64,000 nucleotides of DNA from Narcine bancroftii (Eukaryota). The stretch spans positions 41,602,001-41,666,000 of the forward strand of contig NC_091473.1 in the NCBI RefSeq assembly GCF_036971445.1, in the 5' to 3' direction. Below are positions 51,515 through 64,000 of this stretch, piece after piece; the first letter of the stretch is position 1; each line of letters starts with the position of its first letter. Both the position numbers and the translations under genes were made by a program. A model generated the notes under the pieces. That model searched no databases. It was not told the origin of the DNA and saw only the letters and a list, made by a program, of their open reading frames with translations.

Positions 51515-52665
51515 CCGTATGTTTCAGCATATAAGTCGAGTCATGAAACCTCTAAAAATCTCAAAAAATTGGGGTCAACTTACATGCCAGGTATATTTTT
51601 GAGACCTTAAATTCAGTTCCAAATCCAATTAGTGATGATCCGGCGTATAAGTTGACCCTTGAAAAACTGATTCGGTGTACAAGTCAACTCTTGATAAACC
51701 AAAAAAAAACCCTGACTGCGACAGATTTTCATTGACATTTTTATTGAAAACAACAACACAATTAGCACCCTTCAAAACTGCTCTCACTATCATCGTCTGA
51801 GACAAAGATGGTGGCAAGCACATCCATACTCTCACTGTTTAAACAGTCATCATATGGGTCTAAGTCTGTATCTGATGAGGCAGTTTCAGCTTTGTCGTCA
51901 GTGTCCCACAGTAAATCATCTTCCATGCCATCAATTGCATAAGAGATACCGCATTTTAAAAATTATTTTGTCACAGCTTCTACTTTAACTTTGTCCCATG
52001 CCTTGAGCATGAAGTTACACAGCGCATTAAGCGATACAGCACACATTGCCCCACCTTTTGAAAATGACTTTTCTGCACTCGACATCCATGTATTCCATTC
52101 CTTGTGCACATGGTCTTTGAATGGGTTGTTCAAACAGACATCAAGAGGTCAAACCATCGGGGATAACCACCATGTAAGTATTATGTAGTGCTAATCTACT
52201 TTTAGTGTTCTCAGTTAAATGGTTACAAAACATAGCCCAGACTAACAAACTCTGTTCTATGTGTAAGCCGCCTGACTGGTAATTCCACATCTTACACCAT
52301 TTTCATCCATCCATCCTTTTTCATGAAAATGTACAAAAATACCTGCAGAGAATTTCATTTTCAGTTTAATTTTGCATTTGAAGATTATCATGGGTCTTAA
52401 CTTTGTCCCGTTGGCCATGCATGATAACACCATGGTAAACCTAGTCCTTTTGTGGCTTGTACTCAACACCTTTCCATTCCACTGTGTTATTGCCTATCAC
52501 ATTGAAATTCATGTGGGTTTCGTCCATGTTTCCAATATTTCCCAATGCAAACTGGTGTTTCTGCCGGATCCATATAATAAACTGATGAAAACTTACAACT
52601 TTACAATCAAGATCTTTTGTTAGTGACTGTGCAATTTTTTGTTTTTTGGCGCAATACCAGATTTT
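51515..52665 (-). mobile_element. Pogo-family DNA transposon, 3' half (DDE_1 transposase pseudogene)
   Basis: TA plus TIR ccgtatgtttcagcatataagtcg at 51515; - strand remnants IGNMDET, RFTMVLSCMANGTKLRPMIIFK, KGWMDE, NNPFK, AWDKV, KCGIS. Confidence 0.85.
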
Positions 52666-55600
52666 TCCTGTTCACGAAATGATTATTTTCTTGTCTGTCA
52701 ATTCTCTTCTTTTAGTTGTATTTTCCTTTATTGCTAATTCTTTTTCTGTATTTGTTATTTGCCTTTCCAACTGTTCTATTTCTCGATTGTAGTCCTTCTT
52801 CATCTTAGTTATATAACTTATAGTCTGTCCTCTGAAGAATGCTTTCATTGCGTCCCATAATATAAATTTATTGTTCACTGATTCCGTATTTATTTCAAAG
52901 TACATTTTAATTTGTCGCTCAATGAATTCTCTAAAATCCTGTCTTTTAAGTAGCATGGAGTTTAATCTCCATCTATACATTCTTGGTGGGATGTCCTCTA
53001 GCTCTATTGCCAGATAACAATCTATTCTGTTTTCTTAACTCTTCCTTGAATGTGGGCTGATAACAGGAATAGGTCTACCCTTGAGTATGTTTTATGTCTA
53101 CCCGAATAATATGAATATTACTTTTCCTTTGGGTGCTGTTTCCTCCATATATCCAAAAGTTGCATTCCCTGCATCGATTTAATTATAAATTTGGTTACTT
53201 TGTTCTTTCTGTTAATCTTTTTTCCAGTTTTATCCATGTTTGAGTCCAAATTAAGGTTAAAATCCCCTCCTATTAGTATATTCCCTTGTGTATCTGCGAT
53301 CTTCAAAAAGATATCTTGCATAAATTTTTGATCTTCTTCATTAGGTGCGTATACATTGAGTAAATTCCAAAATTCTGAATATATCTGACATTTTATCATT
53401 ACATATCTCCCTGCTGGATCTATTATTTCCTCTTCTATTTTGATTGGTACATTTTTATTGATTAATATAGCTACTCCTCTGGCTTTTGAATTATATGATG
53501 CTGCTGTTACATGTCCTATCCAATCTCTCTGTAATTTCTTGTGTTCCACTTCAGTTAGATGTGTTTCTTGCACGAATACTATATCAATTTTTTCTTTCTT
53601 CAGTAAATTTAACAGTTTCTTCCTTTTGATTTGGTTATGTATTCCATTAATATTTAAAGTCATATAGTTCAACATGGCCATTTCATACTTTGTTTATCTT
53701 TCCTTTCCGTTTCCTCATCACCACCTTTCCTTCTTATCCATTTCTGTTTTTTTTTTGAACACATTGTAAGACAACATTTCTAAAACATAAAATATTTCCA
53801 CTATTCCCATATCTAAAATTCCTTTAACCCCAATAGTCCCTCCCTTTGTCCCTTGTCGGGCAACCACAGCTCCCCTCTCCATTTGGATTTGCGAATCCGC
53901 TCACAAGCATCAACTGATTTCGCAGTGACTGTTATTCTTCCCCACCCAGCCCCCCAGAAAAGATTTTAATCTTCATATATAACAAAGCTCACTCTCTTAA
54001 TTCCCTCCTTACTTCCTTTCTTCCCCTTCTTAATTCTTACTTATACTTTATTCTTCTTTTTTATATATAGTTTGTTGTCATTTTTGTTTTTTTTAACATC
54101 TCTTTATCTCTCTGTCTGTTTTGTAAGTGTTCTGCAAATTTTCGTGTTTTTTCCGGATCCGAGAAAAGTTTGCTTTGCTGCCCCGGGATAACTATTTTAA
54201 GCACCGCTGGATATTTTAACATAAATTTATAACCTTTTTTCCATAGGGTCGTTTTTGCTGTGTTAAACTCCTTCCTCTTCTTCAGTTGTTCAAAACTTAT
54301 GTCTGGATAGAAATATTTTTTTTACCTTTGTATTCCAGTGGTTTTTTTGTCTTCTCTTATTTTTTTCATTGCCTTCTTCAATATATTTTCTCTTGTCGAT
54401 ATCTTAAGAATTTTACAAGAATGGATCTTGGTTTTTGTTGTGATTTAGGGGCTAATGTTCTGTGTGCCCTTTCTATTTCCATTTCTTCCTGTAATTCTGG
54501 CCTTCCTAGGACCCTGGGGATCCATTCTTTTATAAATTCTTTCATATTTTTGCCTTCTTCATCTTCCTTAAGGCCCACTATCTTTATATTATTTCTTCTA
54601 TTATAGTTTTCCATTATATCTATCTTCTGAGCTAACAGCTCCTGTGTTTCTTTAACTTTTTTATCAGATTCTTCTAATTTCTTTTTTAAGTCATCTACCT
54701 CCATTTCTATGGCTGTTTCTCGTTCTTCCACCTTGTCAACTCTTTTTCCTATTTCTGTCAAGACCATCTCTAATCTATTCACTTTTTCTTCTGTACCTTT
54801 TATTCTTCTTTTTATTTCACTGAATTCTTGTGTCAGCCATTCTTTTAATGTTTCCAAATATTCTTTAAACATTTTTTTTATCCATGTATTGTCCCTTCCC
54901 TTCATCTTCCATTTCTCTGTGTTCTCCCTCCTCTTCCTCTGAGTCCACTCCAGGATCTGTGTCCGTTACCTCTGTCTCTTCTGATTTTCTTGTTGGGTTG
55001 TTTATTTTATTTTGTTGGGTATTTTTGTTTTTATTATTTTTATTAAAGGTGTCTTGGTGTTGGTCTTCTTCCTCTGGGTTGGTTATCTAATATGCTATTT
55101 TTATTCTCTTCCTTCTTGTTCCCGTTATTTTCTATGTTTTCCTGTTGAGAGTTTTGCTGTCGTGTTATACTTGTCTGTTTCAGCTGTGGAAATTTACTCC
55201 TCAGCTGGTCCCCTCCCGTCGGTGTTGTTTTTGTCTTGTGCATCGCGCATGCGCGAGGATTCACACATGCACGGTTGCGCACTTTTGTTTGGCTCCGTGA
55301 GTCATTTTTGTAGTTCTCAGTTCGGGGTTTCCACTGACCTCAAGGAGCGGGCTTCTCTCTCCACGGCGGGCCTCCTCATACAGGTAAGGCCTTCACCTTT
55401 CTCTTCCGACGGCTTTCCTTCTTTTCTTCCCGTTGTTTTTGGTTTTTCTTTCTTTGCTGCCATTTTCTCCACACTTTTATTTTTAATTTGTTATGGTTTC
55501 TAAGTTTGTAGCTTTGCTTTTTCTTTACTTTTTAAAAAACTTTTCTGGAGAGGGCTGGTATTTTCTTACCGGTCACTACTCCATCACGTGACTTCCCCGC
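52666..55600 (-). mobile_element. L1/Tx1-type LINE, 5' half (5' UTR, ORF1, endonuclease)
   Basis: ORF1 coiled coil plus NRRNNIKIVGL...IERAHR; ORF2 EN (TLNINGI, FVQETHL, NVYAPN, GGDFN, YRWRLN); CpG-containing 5' end near 55600. Confidence 0.92.
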
Positions 55601-56117
55601 TACCCATGTTCTTCATCCACAGAATTCCTCTTTAGTCTGCTGCCATGGTCACCATCCTGTAGGTTCATCTTCTGTGTTTCTCTTTCTCAAATGGGAGATG
55701 GTCTCCCCATTTTCTGATGTCCTGCACCAGTCCTCTGCTTCCTTAGAGTCTGCAACCCCTTGAGGCTGCTGCCAAACACACACGCCGCCATCTTGGGTCC
55801 AGAACCCCCGGTTGCACAATTTTAAAATAAAGTACTGTCATTTCCTTTAATAGGTTGTTTAATGCCCGCAAGGAACCGTCAGTAGTTTGACTAAGCAGTA
55901 AAACCTTGCGGAAGAGTGCCTCTCCCCACCTGCTCTCCTTGGGTCCACACTAGCAACAGTGCTGCCGTTGTAGCAGTTCTGGATGTGTTGCCACTTTTCT
56001 ATATTTATATATTATTTATTAAGATAATGTCTTCCCATGTTACAACAGTTGTAAGTTTAAAAAAATAGAAACAATTAATTGTGCCAAGCTAGTTAAATAT
56101 ATAAAACGAGAAAAATA

Positions 56118-56495
56118 CAGTACACAATCCTTTATCCATACATCTAAAATCTGGAAAGCTCCAAAATCCAGAAGGTTGGGAGAGAGACGGCAGCGCGAGT
56201 CGGGTGGGTGAGGGAGAGAGACCGGCAGCGTGAGTCGGGCGGGCGGGGGGGAGACTGGCAGCGCGAGTCAGGCGGGTGAGGGGGGGGAGACCGGCAGCAC
56301 GAGTCGGGCGGGCGAGAGTGGGGGAAAAGGCAGCGCGAGTCGGCGGGTGAGGGGGGGGCAGATAGTGCGACTGGAAGGGGGTGGGGTGGATACGGCAGCA
56401 CAATTTGGGTGGGTTTAAATCTAGCTTTCTGAAATCCGTAAAAATCCGAAATTTGAAACACACTGACCCCCAAGGGTTCCAGATAAAGGATTGTG
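56118..56495. mobile_element. MITE with GC-rich minisatellite core
   Basis: Inverted ends cacaatcctttatc / gataaaggattgtg, left end TA-CAGT; about five ~33-bp units (gagaccggcagcgcgagtcgggcggg) at 56180-56360. Confidence 0.7.
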
Positions 56496-56774
56496 ATTTA
56501 TTTCTTCACATATGTCCCAGAAGTGAAAAGTTACATTCATGAAAATTACAGTTCTTCACATAAAGCATCAGATTGAGGAAGTAGAAGAAACAATTTTGTT
56601 AACTCTACTTAACTACATTTTATTTCCCAGAAAATATACCTATACAGATCCTGATAATCAAGAATACTTTGTTATCAGATCTGACCTTTCTCGAAGAAAC
56701 ACATTTAACAGAGCGGGAACACTAAAAACTAAAAAAGGGATGGGTGGGCCAGGTAATAGCCTCCTTGTTCAGCT

Positions 56775-59700
56775 AAATGCAAGGGCAGGGGGGGGGGGGG
56801 CGTGGTGGCAATTCTGATAAGGAAGAATGCTCCAGTGAGAGTGCAGAATGTGATCACAGGCAGAACAAGAAGATTTGTAATGGTGCATTCAGAATCCTGG
56901 ACCTTAGTAAACGTATATGCCCCCAACTTTGATGTGAAAGATTCATATTGGACATTTTCTTGGGATTGGCAAAGGGAAAGGAAAACATTCTGGTTGGGGA
57001 AGATTTTAATTTTTGTTTGGATCCTGTCTTAGATAAGTCAACAAAGAAAATAACCAAAACAAAGGCAATGAGGGCTACCATTGACAGTATGAGGGAGATG
57101 AACTTGATAGACATAGGAACATAGGAAGTAGGAACAGGAGTAGGCCAGAAATGGCCCATCGAGCCTGCTCCGCCATTCAATACGATCATGGCTGATCTAA
57201 TTTATGTCCTAACTCCACCTACCTGCCTTCTCCTCATATCCCCTAATTCCTCTATCATGTAAAAATTTATCTAACCGAATTTAAAATATGTTTAATGAGG
57301 CAGCCTCAACCACTTTCCTGGTTAGAGAATTCCAAACATTCACTACTCTCTGGGAAAAATTATTTTTCCTCATCTCTGTCCTAAATCTACTCCCCTGAAT
57401 CTTGAGACTCTGTCCTCTCGTTTTAGTTTCCCCGGCCTGCTCAAAAAACCTTCCTACATCTATCCTATCCATACCCTTCATAATCCTATATGTTTCTATA
57501 AGATCTCCTCTCATTCTTCTGAACTCGAGCGAATACAATCCTAGATTATTTAATCTTTCATCATAAGTCAACCCCTTCATCCCAGGGATCATCCTAGTAA
57601 ACCTCCTCTGGACCATCTCCAAAGCCAGAATATCCTTCCTTAAATATGGAGACCAGAACTGGACACAGTACTCCAGGTGCGTTCTCACTAGTACCTTATA
57701 CAGTTGCAACATCACCTCCCTACTCCTGAATTCAATTCCTCTAGCGATGAAGGTCAACATTCCATTTGCCTTCTTAATAACCTGCTGCACCTGCAACCTA
57801 ACGTTTTGCGATTCATGCACAAGCACTCCCAAGTCCCTCTGCACAACAGCATGCTGTAGTTTTTCACCCTTTAAATAATATTCAGCTCTTTTATTTTTCT
57901 TGCCCAAGTGGATAACCTCACACTTACTAACATTGTACTCCATCTGCCAGACCTTTGCCCACTCATCCAGCTTAATTATATCCCTCTGCAGACTCTCCAC
58001 ATCCTCATTACAATTTGCTCTTCCACTCAATTTGGTGTCATCTGCAAACTTGGCTACACCACATTTTGTCCCCTCCTCCAAGTCATCAATGTAAATGATG
58101 AACAGTTGTGGGCCTAACACTGACCCCTGCGGCACCCCACTTACCACTCTCTGCCAACCTGAAAATCTCCCATTTATCCCGACTCTCTGCCTCCTGTCAG
58201 ACAACCAATTTTCAATCCAGGCCAATATACTTCCCCAGGCTCCACTTTCCTGTAACTTACTGATAAGTCTCTTGTGCGGCACCTTACCAAACGCTTTCTG
58301 AAAATCCAAATATACAACATCTACCTGTTCCCCTCTATCCACCGCACCCATTATATCCTCAAAGAATCCTAACAAGTTTGTCAAACAAGATCTTCCCTTT
58401 CTAAAACCATGCTGCGTCTGCCTGATTGAACCCTTACGTTCCAAATGTTTCACTATTTCATCTTTAATGACAGCTTCAAGCATTTTTCCAACTACAGACG
58501 TCAAGCTAATTGGCCGATAATTTCCAGTCTTCTGCCTACATCCCTTCTTAAAAAGTGGCGTAACATTTGCTGTCTTCTTGTCTGCCGGGACCTGCCCAGA
58601 ATCCAAGGAATTTTGGTATATGACCACCAATGCATCAACTATAACTTCTGCCATTTCCTTCAGAACCCTTGGATGCATATCATCAGGACCAGGTGATTTG
58701 TCTGGCTTTAGTCCCATTAGTTTCTCCATCACTACTTCCTCTGTAACAACTATTTTATCAAGGCCCTCCCCAACATTCGCATCCTTAACTCCGTACTTGG
58801 GCATGCTGGACGTGTCTTTAACCGTGAAGACTGACACAAAATATTTGTTTAATGCCTCGGCCATTTCCTCATTTTTTGCTACCAGTTTTCCTTTCTCATC
58901 CTCCAACGGTCCTATGTTAACTCTGGCCACCCTCTTCCGTTTTATATATTTATAAATTTTTTTGCTTTCTGTTTTTATATTTTGTGCCAATTTACTTTCA
59001 TAATCCTTTTTCCCATTTCTTATTACCCGCTTTGTAACCCCTTGTTGTCTCTTAAGGTTTTCCCAATCTTCCAGTTTCCCACTGCTCTTTGCAGCTTTGT
59101 ACACCTGCGCCTTCAATTTTATACTCTCCTTTATTTCCTTTGTTAACCACGGTTGATTTTTCCCTCTCTTGCTGCCCTTTTTCCTGACCGGAATATATTT
59201 TTGTTGAGCATTACAAAATATTTCTTTGAAAATCTTCCACTGTTCCTCAACTGTTTCATCAATTAGCCTGTGCTCCCAGTCCAATCTGCCCAATTCCTCC
59301 CTCATCCTATGGTAGTCACCCCTTTTTAAGCATGATATATTAGTTTTAGATCTAACCATTTCCCCTTCCATGTGAATGAGAAATTCAATCATACTATGAT
59401 CGCTATTTCCCAGATGGTCTTTGACTATTATATCATTTACTCTACCTATCTCATTGCACAACCCTAGATCCAGGAGAGCATTTTCTCTTGTGGGTTCCTT
59501 AACATGCTGCTCAAGAAAGCTATCGCAGATGCATTCTATGAAGTCCTCTTCCAGACTCCCACGACCAACTTGATTTTCCCAATCTATGTGAAAGTTAAAG
59601 TTCCCCATGACTACTGCCATATCATTATTACATGCCTCACTTATCTCTCTATTTAGTTCCTGTGCCACTAAACTATTGTTATTTGGTGGGCGATAGATAA

Positions 59701-62700
59701 CACCCACCAATAATTTTTTTCCCTTTGTTATTCTTTATCTCTACCCAAATGGACTCAACATTATGCTCTTTAGATCTTATATCATTACTGCCTGGAGCTC
59801 ATCTTTGATTAAGAGTGCAACTCCACCTCCCTTACCATCCTGTCTATCTCTTTGCACCACCTGATACCCTTGAAAGTTTAATTCCCATTTAGGGTCACCT
59901 TGTAGCCATGTTTCCGTGATGGCTACCAAATCATAGGCATGGGTACCGATTTGCGCCTCAAGTTCACTAACCTTATTTCTAATATTACGGGCATTCAGAT
60001 AAAGTGCCCTTATGCTCTTTGTCCTTTTAATATCTAGTGACTTCTGTAACTTTTTCTTTTGATTTTTCTGCCCACTATTTTTCTTTGTAATTTTCTTAAG
60101 ACTATCATTGACCCGAAAATTCACTGCACCATCTGATTTTTTATTTTCTCCTCCCAACATTACTTTTCCTATTTTACTTTTCCTGGCCATTACTTTATCT
60201 TCCCTACCCTTTTTCCTATCACTCTGGTTCCCATACCCCTGCCAAATTAGTTTAAACCTTGCCCCACTGCTGTACCAAACATACTTGCCAAAATGTTGAC
60301 ACCTTTTGGATTTAGGTGCAACCCGTCCCTCTTGTAAAGATCATGCCTTCCCCAAAAGAGATCCCAATGATCCAAGAAGCCAAATCCTTGCCTTGTACAC
60401 CAGCACCTCAGCCAAATGTTCATTTTCCTTATCCTTACATTCTTTTCATCACTTGCATTTGGAACAGGTAGTAATCCCGAGATCACCACCCTAGCGTTCC
60501 TGTCTTTCAGCTTTCGTCCCAGCTCACTGTAATCCCTTTTCATTACCTCCTCCCTTTTCTTGTCAATGTCGTTTGTACCCACATGTACCAAGACATCAGG
60601 CTGCTCTCTCTCTCCTCTCAGAATATTTTGGACCCGATTTGTGATATCTCGTACCCTTGCACCAGGGAGGCAGCACACCATGCGGGTATACTTATCTGGC
60701 TCACAGAACCTCCTGTCCGTACCCCTGACAATGGAGTCCCCAATAACTACTGTATTTCTCCTTTTCCTTTTCTTTTGCACCACTCTGCCAGGCTCATTGC
60801 CATTGACCTGGTGCCCGTGGCCATCTTCTGTCCAGTCATCTCCCTCAACAGAATCCAACACAACATAACTGTTGCTGAGTGGGATAGTCACTGGTGTGCT
60901 CTCAGTTTTTCTCACTTTTTTTCTTTCCTCCCCTGACGGTTTTCCATTTACCTGACACAGGTTCTGGAGTATTTATCGCCCTGAAAGCTGAGTCGATTAA
61001 CTCCTCACTCTCCCTTACAAGCCGCAGGTCATCAATCTGCAACTCCATATCCCTAATTCGCTCCCTTAGTAACTGCATCTCGGTACACCTAGTGCAGATG
61101 TGGCCATTTGGGAGGGTGGAGGTCACCCATTGTTCCCACATCTGACACCCAGTACAGAGCACTAACACTACTGGCATGACTCTGAATACGAAGGCAAATA
61201 ACTCAGCTTACCTTTTCTCCTTGCCTGCTTTCGCCGAAGCCTGATAAGCCAAAGCCAGGAAGTCTCACTCCTTCACTGCTCCACTCACTCACTGAGCCAC
61301 TCCTCGCTGGCCGCTCCCTCCCCTTTCACTTCTTTTATTGGCCCCTTGACCAATTAACCCTGTCACTTTCAGCAAGCTCCTCCTCCTCTGATTCACAGCC
61401 CAACTCTCTCCAAGTTCCTCCTCCGACTCCCAGCCGAACCAAGTAGGCCCAAGCCCCGGTAAGCCCCCGACATTAATAGCTTACCTTCTCCTCACTTTCA
61501 GCAAGCTCCTCCTCCCCTGATTCACAGCCCGACTCTCTCCAAGCTCTTCCTCCGACTCCCAGCCGAACCAACTAGGCCAAGGCGTGTGAAGGCCAAAGCA
61601 TCCAAGGAAGAGGGATTATTTCTTCTACTCAAAACAACATGACTCCTACTCTAGAATAGATTTTTTCCGGGCTTCAGCCCATGTTGAGGGTAGGATCATG
61701 GGGGCTGAGTATACAGTTAGATTTCTCTCAGATCATTCACCCATGATATTAACAATAGGAATGCCAGATAAGCAGGATGCAGCATACAGATGGTGTCTTA
61801 ATATGTTGCTATTAAAGAATCTAAAGTTTTGTAGTTTCACAAGAGGCCAACTGTACCTATACTCCAGATAAATTCATTATATGGGACACCCTCAAAGCAT
61901 ATTTGAGAGGCCAAATAACTGGATAGACCAAAACAGTAAAAGAAAATGAGGGAGGTAGATGAATTAAAACAGGAAATTAAAACAGGAAATAACTCGTCTA
62001 GAAAAGGATTTCCAAAAATCAGGATCAGAGAACCATTACAGGGCTCTAAAATACTGAAATACAATACACTCCCAACGTATAGTATGGAAAAGGTCATAAT
62101 GTGGTTAAAACAAAAATACTGTGAATTGGGAGAGAGAGCCCACAAAGTCCTTTCTTGGACAAAACAGCCCTCAAGGATGATCAATGTGGTACAAACTGGG
62201 AATGGCAAGATCATCCAAAAGAGATTAATGAGACCTTCAGGGAATTCTATGAGGGTTTATATAAATCATAATTAACAGGGAGGTCCGATAAACCAGTGAG
62301 TTCCTGTCTAAATTAGAATTAACAAATTTAGACCAAGAAGAACAGGAAGTCCTAGATCTTCCCTTTACGGAAAAAGAGGTAGGGAAAGCATTGAATTCAC
62401 TGAAGACTAACAAGTCTCCAAGGGAGGATGGGTATCAACCTGAGTTTTATAAGGAATTTAAGGATTTATTGATGCCTCTTTATATGGAGGTGGTAGACCA
62501 GGCAATCAAAACCCATACCCTCCTGAAATCTTTTTCGACAGCAATCACGACGACGATCCTTAAAAAAAGACAAAGATTTACGAATGCCATCTTCTCATAG
62601 ACCAACTTCACTGTTATACACAGTCTATAAGATACTGCCAAAGCCCTGGCAAATAGATTCGCGAAACATTTACCGAAACTAATAAATAAAAACAAGCAGT

Positions 62701-63385
62701 CTTTGTGCAAAAAAGGCAGGCAGCGAATAACATTGGCAGACAGTTGAGTATAATGCATCTGGCGCAAACCAGAAATGAAAGAGATTTAGCTGTGTCCCTG
62801 GATGCGGAAAAGGCATTTGACAGATTGGAGTGGAATTTCTATTCAAAGTGCTGGAAAAGTTGGGGTTAGGGCCAACTTTTATAAATAGGATAAGGGCTCT
62901 GTACCATGCGCCCAAGGCCAAAGTTATGACCAACAAACAAATTTCTCCAGCTTTTCCACTGACAAGATCAAGTAGACAGGGTGCCTGCTATCTCCAGCGC
63001 TGTTTGTACAAGCCATGGAGCTACTAACTGAAGCCATTCATCAGGATTCAGATATCAAGGTCAGGAAGAACATAAAATCAATTTATTTGCCGATGACGTA
63101 CTGATATATCTGACAGATCCAGCGAACTCATTGTCCAAGCTGCACTCTACTCTGAAGGACTATGGGGAGATCTCCGGCTATAAGGTCAATTGGGACAAGA
63201 GTGAAATTATGCCACTTACTGAGGGGAATCACAGTCAATACCAAGAAAACAGTTATTTAAAGTGGCCACAAAACGGGATTAAATATCTAGGAGTCAGAAT
63301 AGACGATAACTTGAATAATTTATATAATCTAAATTATACCCCCTTGCTTGGGAGAACTGAGGAGGACTTCAATAGATGAATGTCC
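56775..63385 (+). mobile_element. L1/Tx1-type ORF2 remnant split by the CR1 insertion
   Basis: EN motifs VAILIRKN, VNVYAPN and EMNLID end at 57112 and resume (VW.PKHP...YSRIDFF, SDHSP) at 61584; RT motifs KSP.EDG, LDAEKAFDR, LFADDVL, GIKYLG follow. Confidence 0.85.
57113..61583 (-). mobile_element. Full-length, relatively young CR1 LINE
   Basis: ORF1 with CxxC...CxxC finger and SGNH esterase (GDS, GTND, DGLH); ORF2 EN plus 809-aa uninterrupted RT stretch (QGSVLGP, FADD); TTCCTATG-type 3' tandem tail; a few indels and stops. Confidence 0.96.
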
Positions 63386-64000
63386 CTGCCCCCTTGCGCA
63401 AGTCATATTCCAAGACCAGGCCTGTGGTCAACTGACAAGAAAGTGTGTAGGTGCTGGAGAACTGGAACGATACACAAAAGTGCTGGAGGATCTCAGCAGC
63501 TCATGCAACCTGAGCCCTCATCATTAATAAACGACCTGCTGAGTTTCTCCAGCATCTCTGTGCATTGACTAGGAAAAGCATATTTTCAGTTTTAACAAAT
63601 GTTGGCAAACTCTTTTTTCCTCCCATCCCAGAAGGTGGGCTCAGGAGATCATCAGTCACAGCCAGTTAGGACTAACATGGCAGCTTGAGAAGGTCATTAA
63701 AGCCCATTATTTGTGGGATTGGGAACAGGAAGTAGACACTTAGTTGAGGAGAAGGGTGTTGAGTAGAAAACAACAGATGGAGAAGCATTGGAAGCAGAAA
63801 GCCAGGTGTGTACAAGGTTACAGGAGCAAGATATTGGTCGTCTAGCAATGCATTTGGACAAGAGAAATAACATGAATTAAAAAGTAAAATCCATCCAACA
63901 CAAGGATGATAGGAATTAGTGGCTGATATCACATTGTGGGGTGGGATTAGACTATGGCTTTGGGGACCGCTTGGATCAGGGGCTAGCCCCAACAATATAC

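Noticed and set aside
56180-56360. CRISPR-like array
   Set aside because: Tandem units without unique spacers, in eukaryotic DNA, inside a MITE
57281-59710. 809-aa reverse transcriptase as a novel or domesticated RT system
   Set aside because: Ordinary CR1 ORF2 inside a complete element, with upstream frameshifts and a premature stop
60247-60915. SGNH hydrolase as a host gene
   Set aside because: It is CR1 ORF1; a decayed paralog lies at 44958-45409
48700-64000. Upstream CENPP exon
   Set aside because: No segment with matching peptide and splice signals found; a short divergent exon could have been missed

Overview
AT-rich vertebrate genomic DNA, most likely a cartilaginous fish (inferred from the CR1/L1/V-SINE/Penelope repeat landscape and protein divergence; species not determined). 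The + strand carries two small leucine-rich proteoglycan genes whose coding exons I spliced by hand: osteomodulin (OMD, 2 coding exons, 383 aa) and osteoglycin/mimecan (OGN, 6 coding exons, 310 aa). A 97-nt exon of CENPP lies on the - strand at 48591-48687, so both genes are nested antisense in one large CENPP intron, as in mammals. The rest is mostly transposon debris: a full-length decayed Gypsy LTR element, a solo LTR, two near-full-length CR1 LINEs with SGNH-esterase ORF1, several L1/Tx1 pieces, a pogo DDE transposon with a related MITE, hAT and Tc1/pogo MITEs, Penelope and SINE fragments. Most notable observations: (1) OMD lacks the acidic C-terminal tail and the Tyr-rich N-terminus, and OGN has no N-terminal Tyr either; (2) two, possibly three, short locally templated insertions with microhomology junctions, one of them a perfect 69-bp inverted repeat bracketing OGN's first coding exon; (3) a UGCAUG-dense intronic repeat before a weak OGN acceptor; (4) a hairpin MITE supplying the first AATAAA after the OMD stop. 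I found no convincing new protein-coding system. Human protein comparisons are from memory, not from a database search.
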